From NCBI GenBank assembly GCA_039621445.1, contig CP154954.1, positions 46,541,847 through 46,605,846 on the forward strand: 64,000 nt of DNA. Direction: 5' to 3'. The DNA is from Euglena gracilis. Its lineage: Eukaryota. Positions 34,672 to 46,779 of the stretch are shown in pieces. Position 1 is the first letter of the stretch. The number at the start of each line of letters is the position of its first letter. The notes under the pieces are model-generated. The model made no database searches. It saw only the letters and a list, made by a program, of their open reading frames with translations, and was not told the DNA's origin. Made by a program: the position numbers and the translations under genes.

Positions 34672-37600
34672 TGGTTAGCAGAGGTCGGCTCACTGACTTC
34701 GTCAGTGAGATTGTTTCAGATTCGGTGAACGTCGTTGCAGAGATTTGTTCCGCTGCCTCTGCCAGCAGAATCAGTGCAAAGTTTTCAGATTCGGCTGAAA
34801 TCACAAGCAAAGGTTGTTTCACTGGCCCAGTCAGTGAAAATTTTTCAGAGACGGTCGACACGGTCACAGAGATTTGTTCTGGTGGCTGTGCCAGCAGAAT
34901 GGTACACGAGGTCAATTTCATCAACCCTGTGGTCTGTGAATTTTCAGAAGAATCTGCAGAAATCTGCTCGTTTCCCAGTCAATCTGTCCGAATTTCAGAT
35001 TGTGATGAAAATTTTCTGAGATCTTTGGCAGAAAGCTGCATTCAGAACGAAACGGAAGCTGAATTTTCTGCAGCCCAGTTTTCAGAACCTGTGGCATCAT
35101 TGCAAATCATGATGGAATCTGTGGCAGAAAACAATTTTCAGGCTGCAGAAACTTTATCGGCTTCAGGATTTTCAGAAACGACACAGGAATCAGAATCTGA
35201 TTCTGATTCGGGGAGGGGGTCATTTACATGCATTAGGCCCATCACGGTGGTAGGGCCAGAAAATTTACAACTGGTTCCACTGCATGGCAGTGACGACGAA
35301 TCAGACCCCCCAGGTTGTGAAAGCGAATCGGAGGAAGAAAAACAGGCTGAAAACGCAATTATTCAGCAAATGGTTATGCAAAGAATGAAAGCTGCTGGCA
35401 TGTGGCCAGTAAATTTTTCAGGTTTTCAGCAAATTTCTGTGCCGTCACGAGACAGCAGCCCAGGGCCAGAACAAAAAATGTTGTGTTTAACAGCCCAGCC
35501 AGAACCATTACTGTTAACTCAGAGTTCAGAACCGTTGTCAGCACAGCCTGCTGCAGCCCAGCTGCAGGTTTTTCAGCCAGCCCAGCAGTTTTCAGCTGGG
35601 TCATCTGTTCAGCAATCATGGGGCCAGCCCAGATGACTGCACAGGGTATTCAGCCGGGCCAGCAGTTTTCGGCTGGGTCTGTTCCAGCAATCATGGGGCC
35701 AGCCCAGATGACTTCACAGGTTTTTCAGCCAGCCCAGCAGTTTTCGGCTGGGTCATCCGTTCCAGCAATCATGGGGCCAGCCCAGATGACTTCACAGGTT
35801 TTTCAGCCAGCCCAGCAGTTTTCGGCTGGGTCATCTGTTTCAGCAATCATGGGGCCAGCCCAGATGACTTCACAGGTTTTTCAGCCAGCCCAGCAGTTTT
35901 CGGCTGAGTCATCCGTTCCAGCAATCATGGGACCAGCCCAGATGCATGGGCAGGTTTTTCAGCCAGCGTTAACAGTGTCTTCAAACACAGGCCCAGCCCA
36001 GATTTTTCAGCCAATTCAGCCAGATTTTCCACAGACCCAGCCACAGAATTTACAGCCAAACACCAGTTTTTCTGCAGAAACTGGGTCCGAAAACCCTGAA
36101 AATCAACATGATGTGGAAATGGAATCGGGCTATGGTCAATCCGATGATGATTGGAACAATTGGGGTGAAGAAATCAGTTGCAAAATTGAATGTTTACATG
36201 GCAGACTTTTGGTGCAGGAAGGAAAAAATCCTGAAAAAACGGCTGAAAATCTGGTGGGGGAGGCAGAAAACAGGCTAAATCAGGCATTGGCCATGTCACA
36301 GGGGCAGACATTGAATCTGGTCAATGAGGCATTGGGCATGCATGATGGGCGAATGGCTGATCACATTGCCATGGTGAAACGTGAAATTCAGGCTGAACTG
36401 AGTGCAACTGTAAACGACTTGCTTTTGCAGTTTCAGCAAAATGGTGAAATGGTGCAAAATCTGGCCCAATGCCAACGGCATTTGTTGAGTGTGGAAATGG
36501 AACGGCAGTTTGCTGAAAAAGTTAAGAAAGTGCAGGGTGGAATAACCTCGTTTTTTGAGGCCCAGGTTGAGGAATTGAGAAAAAATGAGAGGTACATTTC
36601 TCAGAAGCTGTCGTTTTTGGAAAAATCTGTGGGGGAGATGCACGTGGTGGTGCAACAAGTGGGGGAGAAGGAAAAACAGCAGGAAATTGCTGTTAATCAG
36701 GTCAAATCTGCAGTCGGTGAGCTAAGCTCTGGTCTGGAGGGACGCTTTGGGATCATTTTTCAGCAATGCAAAGGTTTGGGGGAGACTGAGTGTGCCAAAT
36801 TTCAGGCACAGGCTGAGAAATTGAAGGAATTTTCACAGTCCCTGGAGCGAGAGAGCAAATTTAATTTTAAGCTTTAAAGCTCTGAATGATCGTTTGGGGA
36901 GGTTGGAGAATTTTCTGGGTCGGAAAGATTTTCCCATTGAGAAAGTCTGTGACCTGATTAACAAGAGTGAGGAAACAATTCGGTTGGAGGTGCAAAGGGA
37001 GTTGGGGCTGCAAACGAGAAAGAATTTGGAGGTCATTATCAGTGAAATGTTGCAGGAAAGGTTGAGGCTGAGTGAAAGGGAGGGGCAGTTTGAGAAAGTT
37101 CGGGCTGAAATGGAAAATTCGATGAAACAGCAGGTTGGAGTTTTACTGCAACAGCAGTCCAGTGAACTTTTTAAAGAACAGCAGGAGCGGAAAAAAATTG
37201 CAACAAAAGCTGGATTTATTTCAGGCTGAGTTTTTGGTGATGAAAAATCAGCAAGCTGAATCTGCCAAATCTGCGACAGTGGATCTGACAAAGGAAACGA
37301 GAGAAAAATCAGCTGGAAACCCAGAAATCGAAGAGTTTGATCTTTTTGGTTACAACGATTTACCTGTGATCGAGAAAAATCCGGTTGAAATTGAAGGCTA
37401 TGAATACGCTGAACCAGGATCACATGCGACACATGTCAGGCAGGTTTGTGCACGACCTGTGGGGGCAGTGCCTGCAGGTGCAGGGCTGGTTTCATCAAAT
37501 GCAGTGGCAACGCATCAATTGATGAAAAACCTGGTAGCTCCAAATTTTTCTGGACAGCCAAAAGACTGGTCGTCCTTTGTGCGGGATTGGGATCAATATT

Positions 37601-39011
37601 TCAGGACGTTGGTTATTTTGCAAAATGGACATATGTCTGATTCACTCAAGCTTCAGCTTTTTGCAATGACGCTGGACGACACAAATCAAAAGGAATTGCA
37701 ATTCCGACTGGAATTGAACGGAAAAACATCTTTCGAGGAGGAATTTGACAGGCTTGAAGGGAAATATGCTGGAACTCAATCCGAGTGTGCCAGAAAAAAA
37801 TGGTATGATGTGAACCTCGTGAACCAAGGGAAAATTACCGTACAGGAATGGCGAGATTTTGTCATAAATTTCAGAATAGCCTGGAGACAGGTGAAAAGCG
37901 CCACTGACGATGAGGCAGAAAGACTGGTCAAGGGAAAACTGCCAAATTTCATTTTGCATTGGGTCGCCGATGAGGAGGAAAGGAAATCAACGTGTGGACC
38001 GAAAGTCAAAATGTACCCTGGAGTGCCTGCAACCGAGGAAAACATTATTTGTGCTGTGGAACGTGTCACTGGGGAAAAGCCCTGCAAGGTTTCGAAAGTT
38101 TCACCGCTGGAGTTCGAAGTCTTTTTGCCCAACACTACGATTTGCGACAAACTGAAAGAGGTCAGTGGGAAACCAATCACAGGCACGGATAAAAGGATCA
38201 AAATTGTGGAGGAACAGCCAAAAATGGGAGTTGAAGAAATTTTCCGTTTTGTTGAGCGAAAATTGTCATCCAGGGATTCTCAAGACATGATACACAGTTC
38301 CAGGGAGCCAAATGCATTTGGAAACCGGAGGGCCAGGTCTGCTAAGGCAGATCGGGCCAAGGGGTCCAGGACACCCTCCCCAACACGGTCAGCAAAGGGG
38401 GGCGAAACGGTGGCAAAACCGTCCGTTGGAAAATCAGATTCACAGGTGGCAGCTCCTGCGACCAATGCAAACGTGAACCCCCCCGTGCAAAATCCAGTGC
38501 CAGTGGTTCGATCACAGTCATTGCCACCCCCCCAGCAATCTCAATTTGGCAATGGGGGGGGATGGAGAAATGATTCTGGGTGGAATTCCAATGCCAATGC
38601 CAATTTTCAGGGAAATCAGTGGTGGCACTCAAATCAACAGAATTTTGATTCACAGTCTGGTGGTGGCAAAGGCAAAGGCAAAGGCAAGGGAAAAGGGAAA
38701 CAATTCTTGGGGGAAAGGAAACAATGGAAATGACTGGTCTAGGGGAAAGGGCCAGGATGGTGGAAAAGGCAAAGGAAAAGGAAGGGGGAAAGGAAACCGT
38801 TGCTAGGACAGCCGGGGTGGACCGTTGGGGGCGGGAGCCGCCCCGGGCTCGCATACCCAGCCCCACACAAAGACATACGCAAATCCCAGGTGGCAAGAAA
38901 ATTCTCATGCGAGTGAAACCACGATGAAAAATCTGCCACCCCAGGAGAGCTCTACACAAGGTGTGTCCAGTGTGTCGGGTGCGTGTGCGTGACGTGCAAA
39001 TCGGTGACTAG
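34393..39011 (+). CDS. Long Gag-like region (several frameshifts) with 78-bp tandem repeats, coiled coil and capsid-like domain
   Basis: Chained ORFs 34365-35636, 35402-36877, 36894-37229 and 37135-38733; APNFSGQPKDWSSFVRDW is a gag-type motif; G/K-rich C-terminus. Confidence 0.65.
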
Positions 39012-42000
39012 GCCCAAATCTGTAAAAAAACAGACCTCATAAGAGGTCGTGCACAGCCTTCCGTAAAGAAAAGAGCTTTAGACCTTTTTTGCGGTAAAGG
39101 CTCGGTTGGGGATTGCCTGAGAGAGCAGGGGTTTAAGGTTGTGTCAGTGGACATAAACCCCAGATTTAACCCAACCCACTGTGCAAATATTTTGGAGTGG
39201 AGATATTGGAGGTACCCCCCCGGATATTTTCAGATCATCGCTGCGGGGGTGCCCTGTACAGAATATAGCTTGGCCAAAACATTGGGAGTCAGAAATTTGG
39301 AGGGGGCAGATCGGCTGGTCAAAAAAACTTTGGAGATTGTCGAATATTTCAAACCAAAGTTGTGGTGGATTGAAAATCCCCGTCATGGACTTTTGCGGAA
39401 AAGACCCTGTGTTCAAAATCTGACTTTTGTCGATGTTGAATATTGTCAGTTTTCAGATTGGGGATATCAAAAGCCCACCCGAATCTGGGGGAGCGAAAAT
39501 CTGAGCAAGCTACAAAACAAACTTTGTGATGGCCAGACCTGCCCGAATTTGATTCCTGGGGGGAGGAGTCACCGAGAAAAGTTGGGAGGATATGGAATGA
39601 CAGTTGGTACTCAGAAAAAATGGAGGATGCCCAAACAACTGGTGGAGTATTTGTTAACCGTGTTGGAACGAAAAAGCGGATATCGTAGGGAGGATTATGC
39701 TGTTAGGAAAGTTTGTATGGAGGAAATTGAGAAGGAATTTCGGGTTAAGGCGGAACGGGATTGTTTTGCAACCAGCCAAAATGCCAGGTGTGAAAAGTTT
39801 TACGGGGAGGATGATGATGCCATGAAAAAGGATTGGGGGGCGGAGGAAACGTTGTGGATGAACCCCCCCTGGACTTTGTGGCCTGAGGTGGCTGAAAAAT
39901 TGCAAAATTCCAATTGTCGGGGAATTTGTATTTGCCCAGACTGGAATAGGAGGTGGGTGAAAAATCTGGTGGCTATGGCTGTCAAAAAGATTTATTTTCC
40001 CAAGGGGACAAAGTTGTTTGAGGCTGATGGGAGGATTTTGAGGGGTACCCGTTGGGGGGTGTGGGCCTTGTTGATCGATAGAAGGCAACCCTCCCAGGGG
40101 GGGGCAGCCCCAGGGAAGAAAAAATTGGTGCGGCTGAAAAAAAGAATGTTGAGGGGGACGAAAACTCGGGGAGGAGCAAAGAAACTCGGGGAGGACAGAC
40201 AACTACTGGTGAAAACCCAGATTAGGTTGGCAAATGGGGAGGAAAAAACGGCCAGAATTTTGATTGACACGGGGGCGGAGGCAAACCTCATTCGACAAGG
40301 GTTGATAGGGGACCACCTAATGTATCCTGCTAAGGACCCGTTAAGGTTTGAAACTGCCAATGGGCAAACTTTGGCGGGGGGGAGCAGATGTGCAAGGGTG
40401 AAAATGATCCTACAACAAAATTGGAATGAGGAAAGGGAAATTGAGTGTGTGGAATATGAGGTTGAATTTTATGAGGCAAACATCAAAGTTGATGCAATTC
40501 TTTCTTATCCATGGTTGGCAGAAGCAAAACTGGGAATTTTTCCACACCACAAGGCGTTGGTGAAAGACAGCCCCGACCTGATTTTTTTGCGGGGTGTTGA
40601 AAGACGGAGGGGTCCGCAAAAATTCAGGGATGACACAAATTTTTCAGTGGACAATGTGACTGTGGCGGACGGGTCTGAGTTTCGGTTGCAAAAACTTGGT
40701 CTTTGTTTGCCATTGGAGGGGTTGGACCAGGAATTACAATTTTTGAGTGATGAGGACCTAGGGGAGGTTGCCACAAATTTGGAGGGAAGTGACCCCCCAG
40801 TGCAAGTTATCAACCGAATGATAATTGCAAGGGAGGGGGAGGACAAAAAAGAGGAGGAACGGGTAGTCAAGTTGAGGGAACAAGTTTTGGAAGATTACAG
40901 GGGGACGGTATTTCGGTCATCGCCATTTCCAGACCCCCCCGAAAGAGGACAATATGGTTATGCATACATACCGTTGAAGGAGGGGGCAAAGCCAACCAGA
41001 CAGAAGCCTTTTTTCATGCACGGTGAGCGGAAAGAGGCACTTGAAAAAATCACACAAGACTGGCTCGACAAAAAATACATTGAGCCAGCCACAGCCAAAA
41101 ATTCAGAATGGCTGTCCCAGACTTTTCCAGTTCCAAAAAAATCCAACGATTTTCCTTGGAGGGGGGTGGTGGACCTCAGGGGCCCAAACAGCCAAACAAG
41201 GCGATGCAACTACCCCCTACCCAAAATTGAAGACATTTTGGTCAAACATGGTGCAAACCAAATGTTTTCGATCATCGATTTGAAGCAAGCTTTTCACCAA
41301 CAACCTTTACACCCAGAAAGTCGACCCATAACGTGTTGTTTTACCCCCAAAGGCATTTTTCAGTGGAGGGTGAACGTAATGGGTTTGACAAATGCCCCCC
41401 AGCAATTTCAGCAAATGATCGATGACCGTTTGACACCAGTAAGGGATATCGCCACAGGGTACATAGACGACATACTGGTGGGGACAACGGTCGGGGAAGG
41501 GGAGGATCTGGTGGGGGCACATGAAAAAGATTTGAGGAGGGTGTTGGAGGTGCTGAAAACAGAACTTTTGGTGGCTGATGAATTCAAAGCCAAACTTTTT
41601 GTGGAGGAGGTTGAATTTTGTGGACAAATTTTAGGAAACGGGACTAGGAGGCCTGCACCGGGTAAGTTACGAGCGATCGAAAAGTGGGAGGTTCCAAAAA
41701 CAATTACGGCTTTGAGAGCCTTTTTGGGATTCACAAATTATTACAATGCATACATTCACATGTATGCGGAAGTAGCTGCCCGATTGCAAGACAAATTGAA
41801 AGTCCCCAGGGAGGTGGGAAAGAAAGGAAGTCGAAAACCTGTGGAATTTGATGGGGAGGATTTAAAAGCTTTTGAGGAGCTGAAAAAAAGGTTGTGTTCG
41901 GGCCTAATGTTGCAACGGGTAGACCCAGATAAACCCTTTGTGCTAAGGGTTGATGCCAGTGGGTACGCCGTGGGGGCAACGTTAGAGCAAATGAAGGAGG

Positions 42001-44273
42001 GGGGAGGAAGACCCACAGCCCAGGATGTGATTGAGAAAAAAACTGTGCCAGTGGCTTTTATGTCTCGAAAATTGACCGAGGGGCAAAGAAAATGGACCCC
42101 CAGGGAGTTGGAGACGTATGCCATAATTTTGGCACTACAAAAATGGGAGAGTTGGATTGGATTGCAACCCGTTTTGGTTTTAACCGACCACCAAAGTTTG
42201 GAGTCTTGGACAAGGGAGGTCCTAGACACCCCCAGTGGTCCGGTTGGGAGGAGGGCGAGATGGCATCAAATTTTCTCCAAGTATGATTTGACGGTGGGAT
42301 ATATCCCGGGTAAAGAAAATACCATAGCCGATATCCTTAGTCGGTGGGCATACCCAGCTTCACAGGCCCTAAGGGACATAAGTAAGCACGGGTCAGCCGA
42401 AGACAAGGATGAAATGGAAAATTTTATCCGGGAGGAAAAAGAAGAGGAAAAACAGTGTTTGGAGATAAGAATCAAAAACCAGCCCAATTTACGTAATGCC
42501 TGGATACGGGGGGTGACAACCCGTAGTGGCAAAAACGTAACACCCGAGGAGGAAAAAGGAGAGTGCACAAGGAGGGGAACCGAGGGTGGGGTAGACCCAG
42601 GAGGAAAAGACACCCCTGTGGACACCCACTCACAAGGGCCCAGGAAAGAAAAGAAACGAGTTCATTTTTGGGATGAGAAAGTGGGGGGGGAGACGACCCC
42701 TGTCCCGGAGACGGCTGAAAGTTCGAGGGGGGACACTCGTATGGAAGTGGGGGACGCCCTGCCAAGTACGACCCCTAAGGATATTAAGCCCGTATGGGAG
42801 CGTGATTGGGGGGAAGCATATTCCCAATGCCCCACATGGAAAGAAAAATGGGTAGCTACCAAAGGCGATTCAATTTGGCCAAAGGGTTTCAAAGTGCTAA
42901 ATGGCCAATTGTTTTTCGAGGAAAAGTTGTGTGTGCCTGAAAGTTTTCAACACTTGGTGATTCAAGAAATTCACGAGTTTTTGGGGCACGTTGGCCCTGA
43001 AAAAGTTTGGAAACACATGGCAATCCGTTTTGTTTGGGCTGATGAAAAGGCTGCAAAACAACTCAACCAAAGTTGCAGCAAAAATTGTTCCACATGCCAA
43101 GCGAGTGTGAGGGGGGAGAGTTTGAAAGGACCGATCGAGTCCACACCCATACCCCCTGCACTAATGACAAGTGTTGCCATCGATTTGTTTCGAATGCCAA
43201 GGGTTTTACACGATGGGGGGGAGTACGACACCCTAGCCCTTTGTGTGGATAGGCATTCGGGTTGGATTGTGGGGGTTGCATGCAAGGACAAGGGATTAAC
43301 CGGTGCCAAGTTGGCTAAGGAAATGGTGAAAAATCAGTGGAGGCCTTTTGGGGTTCCCTCGGTCATCTCAAGTGACCAAGGGAGCCATTTCACAAGCACT
43401 TGGTGGAAAAACATGTGTGCACTTTTGGGGATTAGGCAAGCGTATTCCCAAGCATACCACCACCAAGCAAACGGGAGGGTTGAGAGAGCCGGACAACAGG
43501 TAATGGAGGTGTTGAGAAAATTGTACGTGGAGGAAAAAATTAATTGGGTTGAAGCTTTACCCCAAGTTTTGGACCGAATTCACGACGTAAAGGGGGAAAG
43601 CGGGTTCAGCCCATATGAAATTGTGACTGGAAGGGAAAGACCATTGGCAGGGGTACCCTACCAACCACCCAAGGAATGTGAGGATTCGGTGGAGTTTTTC
43701 CGAAGGATGCGAGACATTGATGGGAGGGTGGCTAGGATACTCAACAAAAAGCACGAGGAGGAGGTGGCAAGGATAAATAAGGGGAGGAAAGAAATGGAAC
43801 CCCTAAAGGTGGGGACGACGGTTTGGTATAGGAGACCCGAGGGGTCGGGTGAGAAGCTTGACTCTAGGTGGGTGGGACCTGGGGTCGTGAAGGGTAGAGA
43901 AGGGGAACGGAGTTATGTAATTGAGATGAAATCTGGGGTGGAGACGAAAGCTCATAGGAGTTTTTTGAAGAAGTATCGGGAACCCCAAGTTGAAGGTAAG
44001 GGGGTGCCTCTTTTTTATTATAAACGGACCGAAAAAGAAGAAGAGGCATTACCTGATGAGTGGGAGGTGGAAAAAATTCTAAGGCACCGAAAAGGAAAAG
44101 ATGGAAAATGGGAATTTTTGACCAAGTGGGTCGGATATGAGGACGGGGAGGAGACCTGGGAACCGTCTGGGAATTTTATTCACAGATTCAGTGAAGAGTT
44201 TGTGAAATATTGTCGTGAGAAAAAAGTGAAAGTGGACGTAATGTCCGAACTAAAAATTGACGGTGGGCCGTAG
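39012..44273 (+). CDS. Pol polyprotein: C5-MTase - amino-MTase - protease - RT - RNase H - integrase - chromodomain
   Basis: Frame is open from 39012; DLFCGKG, GVPC, ENP; DCFA..NPPW; LIDTGA; YIDD; VDASG..RELE; SDQGSHF..GRVER; WEVEKIL..KWVGY..TWEP. Confidence 0.95.
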   Translation, partial: AQICKKTDLIRGRAQPSVKKRALDLFCGKGSVGDCLREQGFKVVSVDINPRFNPTHCANILEWRYWRYPPGYFQIIAAGVPCTEYSLAKTLGVRNLEGADRLVKKTLEIVEYFKPKLWWIENPRHGLLRKRPCVQNLTFVDVEYCQFSDWGYQKPTRIWGSENLSKLQNKLCDGQTCPNLIPGGRSHREKLGGYGMTVGTQKKWRMPKQLVEYLLTVLERKSGYRREDYAVRKVCMEEIEKEFRVKAERDCFATSQNARCEKFYGEDDDAMKKDWGAEETLWMNPPWTLWPEVAEKLQNSNCRGICICPDWNRRWVKNLVAMAVKKIYFPKGTKLFEADGRILRGTRWGVWALLIDRRQPSQGGAAPGKKKLVRLKKRMLRGTKTRGGAKKLGEDRQLLVKTQIRLANGEEKTARILIDTGAEANLIRQGLIGDHLMYPAKDPLRFETANGQTLAGGSRCARVKMILQQNWNEEREIECVEYEVEFYEANIKVDAILSYPWLAEAKLGIFPHHKALVKDSPDLIFLRGVERRRGPQKFRDDTNFSVDNVTVADGSEFRLQKLGLCLPLEGLDQELQFLSDEDLGEVATNLEGSDPPVQVINRMIIAREGEDKKEEERVVKLREQVLEDYRGTVFRSSPFPDPPERGQYGYAYIPLKEGAKPTRQKPFFMHGERKEALEKITQDWLDKKYIEPATAKNSEWLSQTFPVPKKSNDFPWRGVVDLRGPNSQTRRCNYPLPKIEDILVKHGANQMFSIIDLKQAFHQQPLHPESRPITCCFTPKGIFQWRVNVMGLTNAPQQFQQMIDDRLTPVRDIATGYIDDILVGTTVGEGEDLVGAHEKDLRRVLEVLKTELLVADEFKAKLFVEEVEFCGQILGNGTRRPAPGKLRAIEKWEVPKTITALRAFLGFTNYYNAYIHMYAEVAARLQDKLKVPREVGKKGSRKPVEFDGEDLKAFEELKKRLCSGLMLQRVDPDKPFVLRVDASGYAVGATLEQMKEGGGRPTAQDVIEKKTVPVAFMSRKLTEGQRKWTPRELETYAIILALQKWESWIGLQPVLVLTDHQSLESWTREVLDTPSGPVGRRARWHQIFSKYDLTVGYIPGKENTIADILSRWAYPASQALRDISKHGSAEDKDEMENFIREEKEEEKQCLEIRIKNQPNLRNAWIRGVTTRSGKNVTPEEEKGECTRRGTEGGVDPGGKDTPVDTHSQGPRKEKKRVHFWDEKVGGETTPVPETAESSRGDTRMEVGDALPSTTPKDIKPVWERDWGEAYSQCPTWKEKWVATKGDSIWPKGFKVLNGQLFFEEKLCVPESFQHLVIQEIHEFLGHVGPEKVWKHMAIRFVWADEKAAKQLNQSCSKNCSTCQASVRGESLKGPIESTPIPPALMTSVAIDLFRMPRVLHDGGEYDTLALCVDRHSGWIVGVACKDKGLTGAKLAKEMVKNQWRPFGVPSVISSDQGSHFTSTWWKNMCALLGIRQAYSQAYHHQANGRVERAGQQVMEVLRKLYVEEKINWVEALPQVLDRIHDVKGESGFSPYEIVTGRERPLAGVPYQPPKECEDSVEFFRRMRDIDGRVARILNKKHEEEVARINKGRKEMEPLKVGTTVWYRRPEGSGEKLDSRWVGPGVVKGREGERSYVIEMKSGVETKAHRSFLKKYREPQVEGKGVPLFYYKRTEKEEEALPDEWEVEKILRHRKGKDGKWEFLTKWVGYEDGEETWEPSGNFIHRFSEEFVKYCREKKVKVDVMSELKIDGGP

Positions 44274-44689
44274 GCTCTAAGGGGAGCCATGAGGCCCTGT
44301 CCAAGGCTCTACGGTGAGCCCAATGGGAAGGCAAAGTGCTGTTTTTAACCCAACACCAAAATTCAAAAACCCGATTTGCACGTCTGTGTGGGTGTGAGTG
44401 CACGCACACACGCATGAGCGTGTAAAGGAGAGAATGTACAAATGCAAGGATTTGCAAGGAGAATGGAGAAAGGTAAAAAAAAGGCCCCGCAAGGGGGCCG
44501 GGGCACCACAGTATATTCGCTGCACGTTCACTATATTGCCGTCCGCTGTCGCCCTTCCCTCCCTCTACCTTACCCCGCTGCCCTTACACCTTACCCCACA
44601 TTGCCGTCACGTCCCATATGGTGGTGTTGTAAGGAGTCCTTTTATTATGATGTGGTTGGGAGTCCTTGAGCCCCCCTTTCGGTTTGACA

Positions 44690-45062
44690 AATATCCCCCC
44701 GGCCCGAGGAGGGGGGGGGGGCGCTTGATTTTTTAAAAAATCCCCCCGGCCCGAAGAGAGAGGGGGGGGGGGGGCGTTTAAAAATCCCCCCGGCCCGAGG
44801 AGGGGGGGGGGCGCTCGATTTTTTTTGACAAATATCCCCCCGGCCCGAGGAGGGGGGGGGGGCGCTTGAATTTTGGACAAGAATCCCCCCGGCCCGAGGA
44901 GGGGGGGGGGGGGCTTGACGAATTTAAACCAAAAATCCCCCCGACCCGAGGGGGGGGGGCGCCAACCGAATTTTTACCAAAAATCCCCCGACCCGTTGGA
45001 AAGGGGGGGGGCAAATCTTCGTGAAGACCCTCATACCACCCGTGAGAAACGGGGGGGGGGGC
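44690..45062 (+). repeat. ~55-60-bp tandem repeats in the 3' UTR (aaatccccccggcccgaggagggggggg)
   Basis: Six to seven degenerate C-run/G-run units. Confidence 0.75.
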
Positions 45063-45283
45063 AGCCAAATATTCATTGGTTGGTGAACCGAGTCTTTCCC
45101 AAAGGCTTGAAGGCACTTGAAAGCCAAAGTCCCTGAATTTTATTTCCCGTTTGGTTGGTTCAAGGGAGCATGTGTGGGACATAGGCTTTGGGTGAGGAGT
45201 GCCGATTGGAGGAGTTCCCCCCTCTTTGTTGAGGGGGGGGGGGGGGAGTTTTTGGTGTCCGACTAAGGTCGCAAGGGAGGGGG

Positions 45284-46126
45284 TGTCGGCCGCCGGCTTT
45301 CGCCGGCAGCCAAAAATTGCCAGAAAGCGCAAATTTCAAAGTCGCGGGTAACATCCAACCAGTTAAAAAAACCCGCGACTTAAATTGGAAGCGGGTCAAA
45401 TTAGTTTGCGCTTTCGAATTCTGTTTTTTCACAGAACTTGAGGGGTTTTCCCCAATATTTGGCAAGAAGGAATACTATTGTATTGAATTTGTCAATTGGA
45501 CTTTGATTTGGAGTGGCAAGTTGAATTTCATTGTTGGTCATTGATCTATTGAAGTCATTGTCTTGAAGGAGCCTTTAACACCACCACCCACTCCTCTATA
45601 CCACCGCCTTCGCCTCCATCACCTACCACTCCTTGCCCCAAGGTTTGCACATTTCATACATTCACATTCCACAGTTTCAGTTTCAAGTGTCTTCTCATTC
45701 AAGTTTTGGAGTTTCAGAATTCAAGTTTCTTTCAGATTTGACTTCAAAGTTCCAAGGTTCAGTGGGTTGGTTTTTGCCAACAAGGTGTGCGAGAGAGAGA
45801 GAGAGGAGAAAAGTGAGATTTGAGAGAGAAAAGTTCGATTTCATTTCAAATGGCAGATTTTTCGTTTTTCACTAAAATTTCGGAAAACTTTGAAAAAACG
45901 ATCCTACGCGCCGGCTGGGGTTGGGGAAATCACCTGGGTGAAAAAATGGGGGTTGGCTTGAGCCCACCAATTCCCCGAGAAAGCGCAGGCCCCACCCCGG
46001 AAACACCCACCCCCCTGCTGTCGGTGGTTATCCACGACGGCGAGGACCCCCCCGGGCCCTCGGCCCACCGGGACTCGCCGGTCGCGGGGGCGACCGGCGG
46101 CGCACAGGGGGTGGGGCCGGCGAACA
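45284..46126 (+). repeat. 3' LTR
   Basis: Preceded by the PPT and followed by CCAG. Confidence 0.95.
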
Positions 46127-46349
46127 CCAGGGATACCCTGCCCGGGCGGAAATGACACGGGAAGAGCGGCAGCAGTATGATGCTGCTGTGTCGGCTCTCA
46201 CAGGAGTCCCAGCTTCATCACGATCGAGTCAACCAGCGTGACAGCAGGACGTTGCTGTGGCGGAAGCGCCTCCAGCACGGCCCACAAGCTCTGCCGCCGG
46301 CAAGCGTGACCGCGGCCCGGAAAATCTGACGCCGCAGCCACAGCACCGC

Positions 46350-46779
46350 TGTGTACCAGGCACGTCCCAGCTCTGTAGGATATCTGCAGAGTGGGTTCTG
46401 TGACGGTCGCACCACTGTGGAAACCCACAGCTGGTAAGATCGTGGCAGACCCTTCTGGGATCTGCCCCTGGACACGTCAGCACTTTTCTCTCCTTCCCCC
46501 ACAGGTGGTATTCTTTACTCTCACAATCTCCAAGTTTTCACCATTGGTTTTTGCAGAGGGAAAAACCCTCAGAACAATCGAACTTTGATCTCAGAAGAAA
46601 CTTCTGAATCTTTGCTTTGTGCTTTGCTTCTTGGGGAATTGGGAAGAAAAGGGGAAAACCACTTTTCGTTACTCCAAAGACTTTTCCCTACCATAAGTAG
46701 GCTGCGCACCAAGGCGAAAGCGAAAGGCTTTTACAGAAAGTTCCAAAAAGGGGAAAAGGGAAAGCTTTGGACGTACACT
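46350..46779 (+). repeat. 5' LTR
   Basis: Homologous to 62757-63183 with multiple substitutions. Confidence 0.9.

Larger units (their letters stand above)
33829..46126 (+). mobile_element. Ty3/gypsy chromodomain LTR retrotransposon carrying two DNA methyltransferase domains
   Basis: 843-bp TG..CA LTRs at 33829-34671 and 45284-46126; PBS tggttagcagagg; PPT aagggaggggg; TSD CCAG; the empty site is visible at 57401-57428. Confidence 0.96.

Noticed and set aside
39066-40085. Bacterial or phage restriction-modification contamination
   Set aside because: The MTase domains are in frame with gypsy protease, RT and integrase between matched LTRs with a TSD, and there is no cognate nuclease
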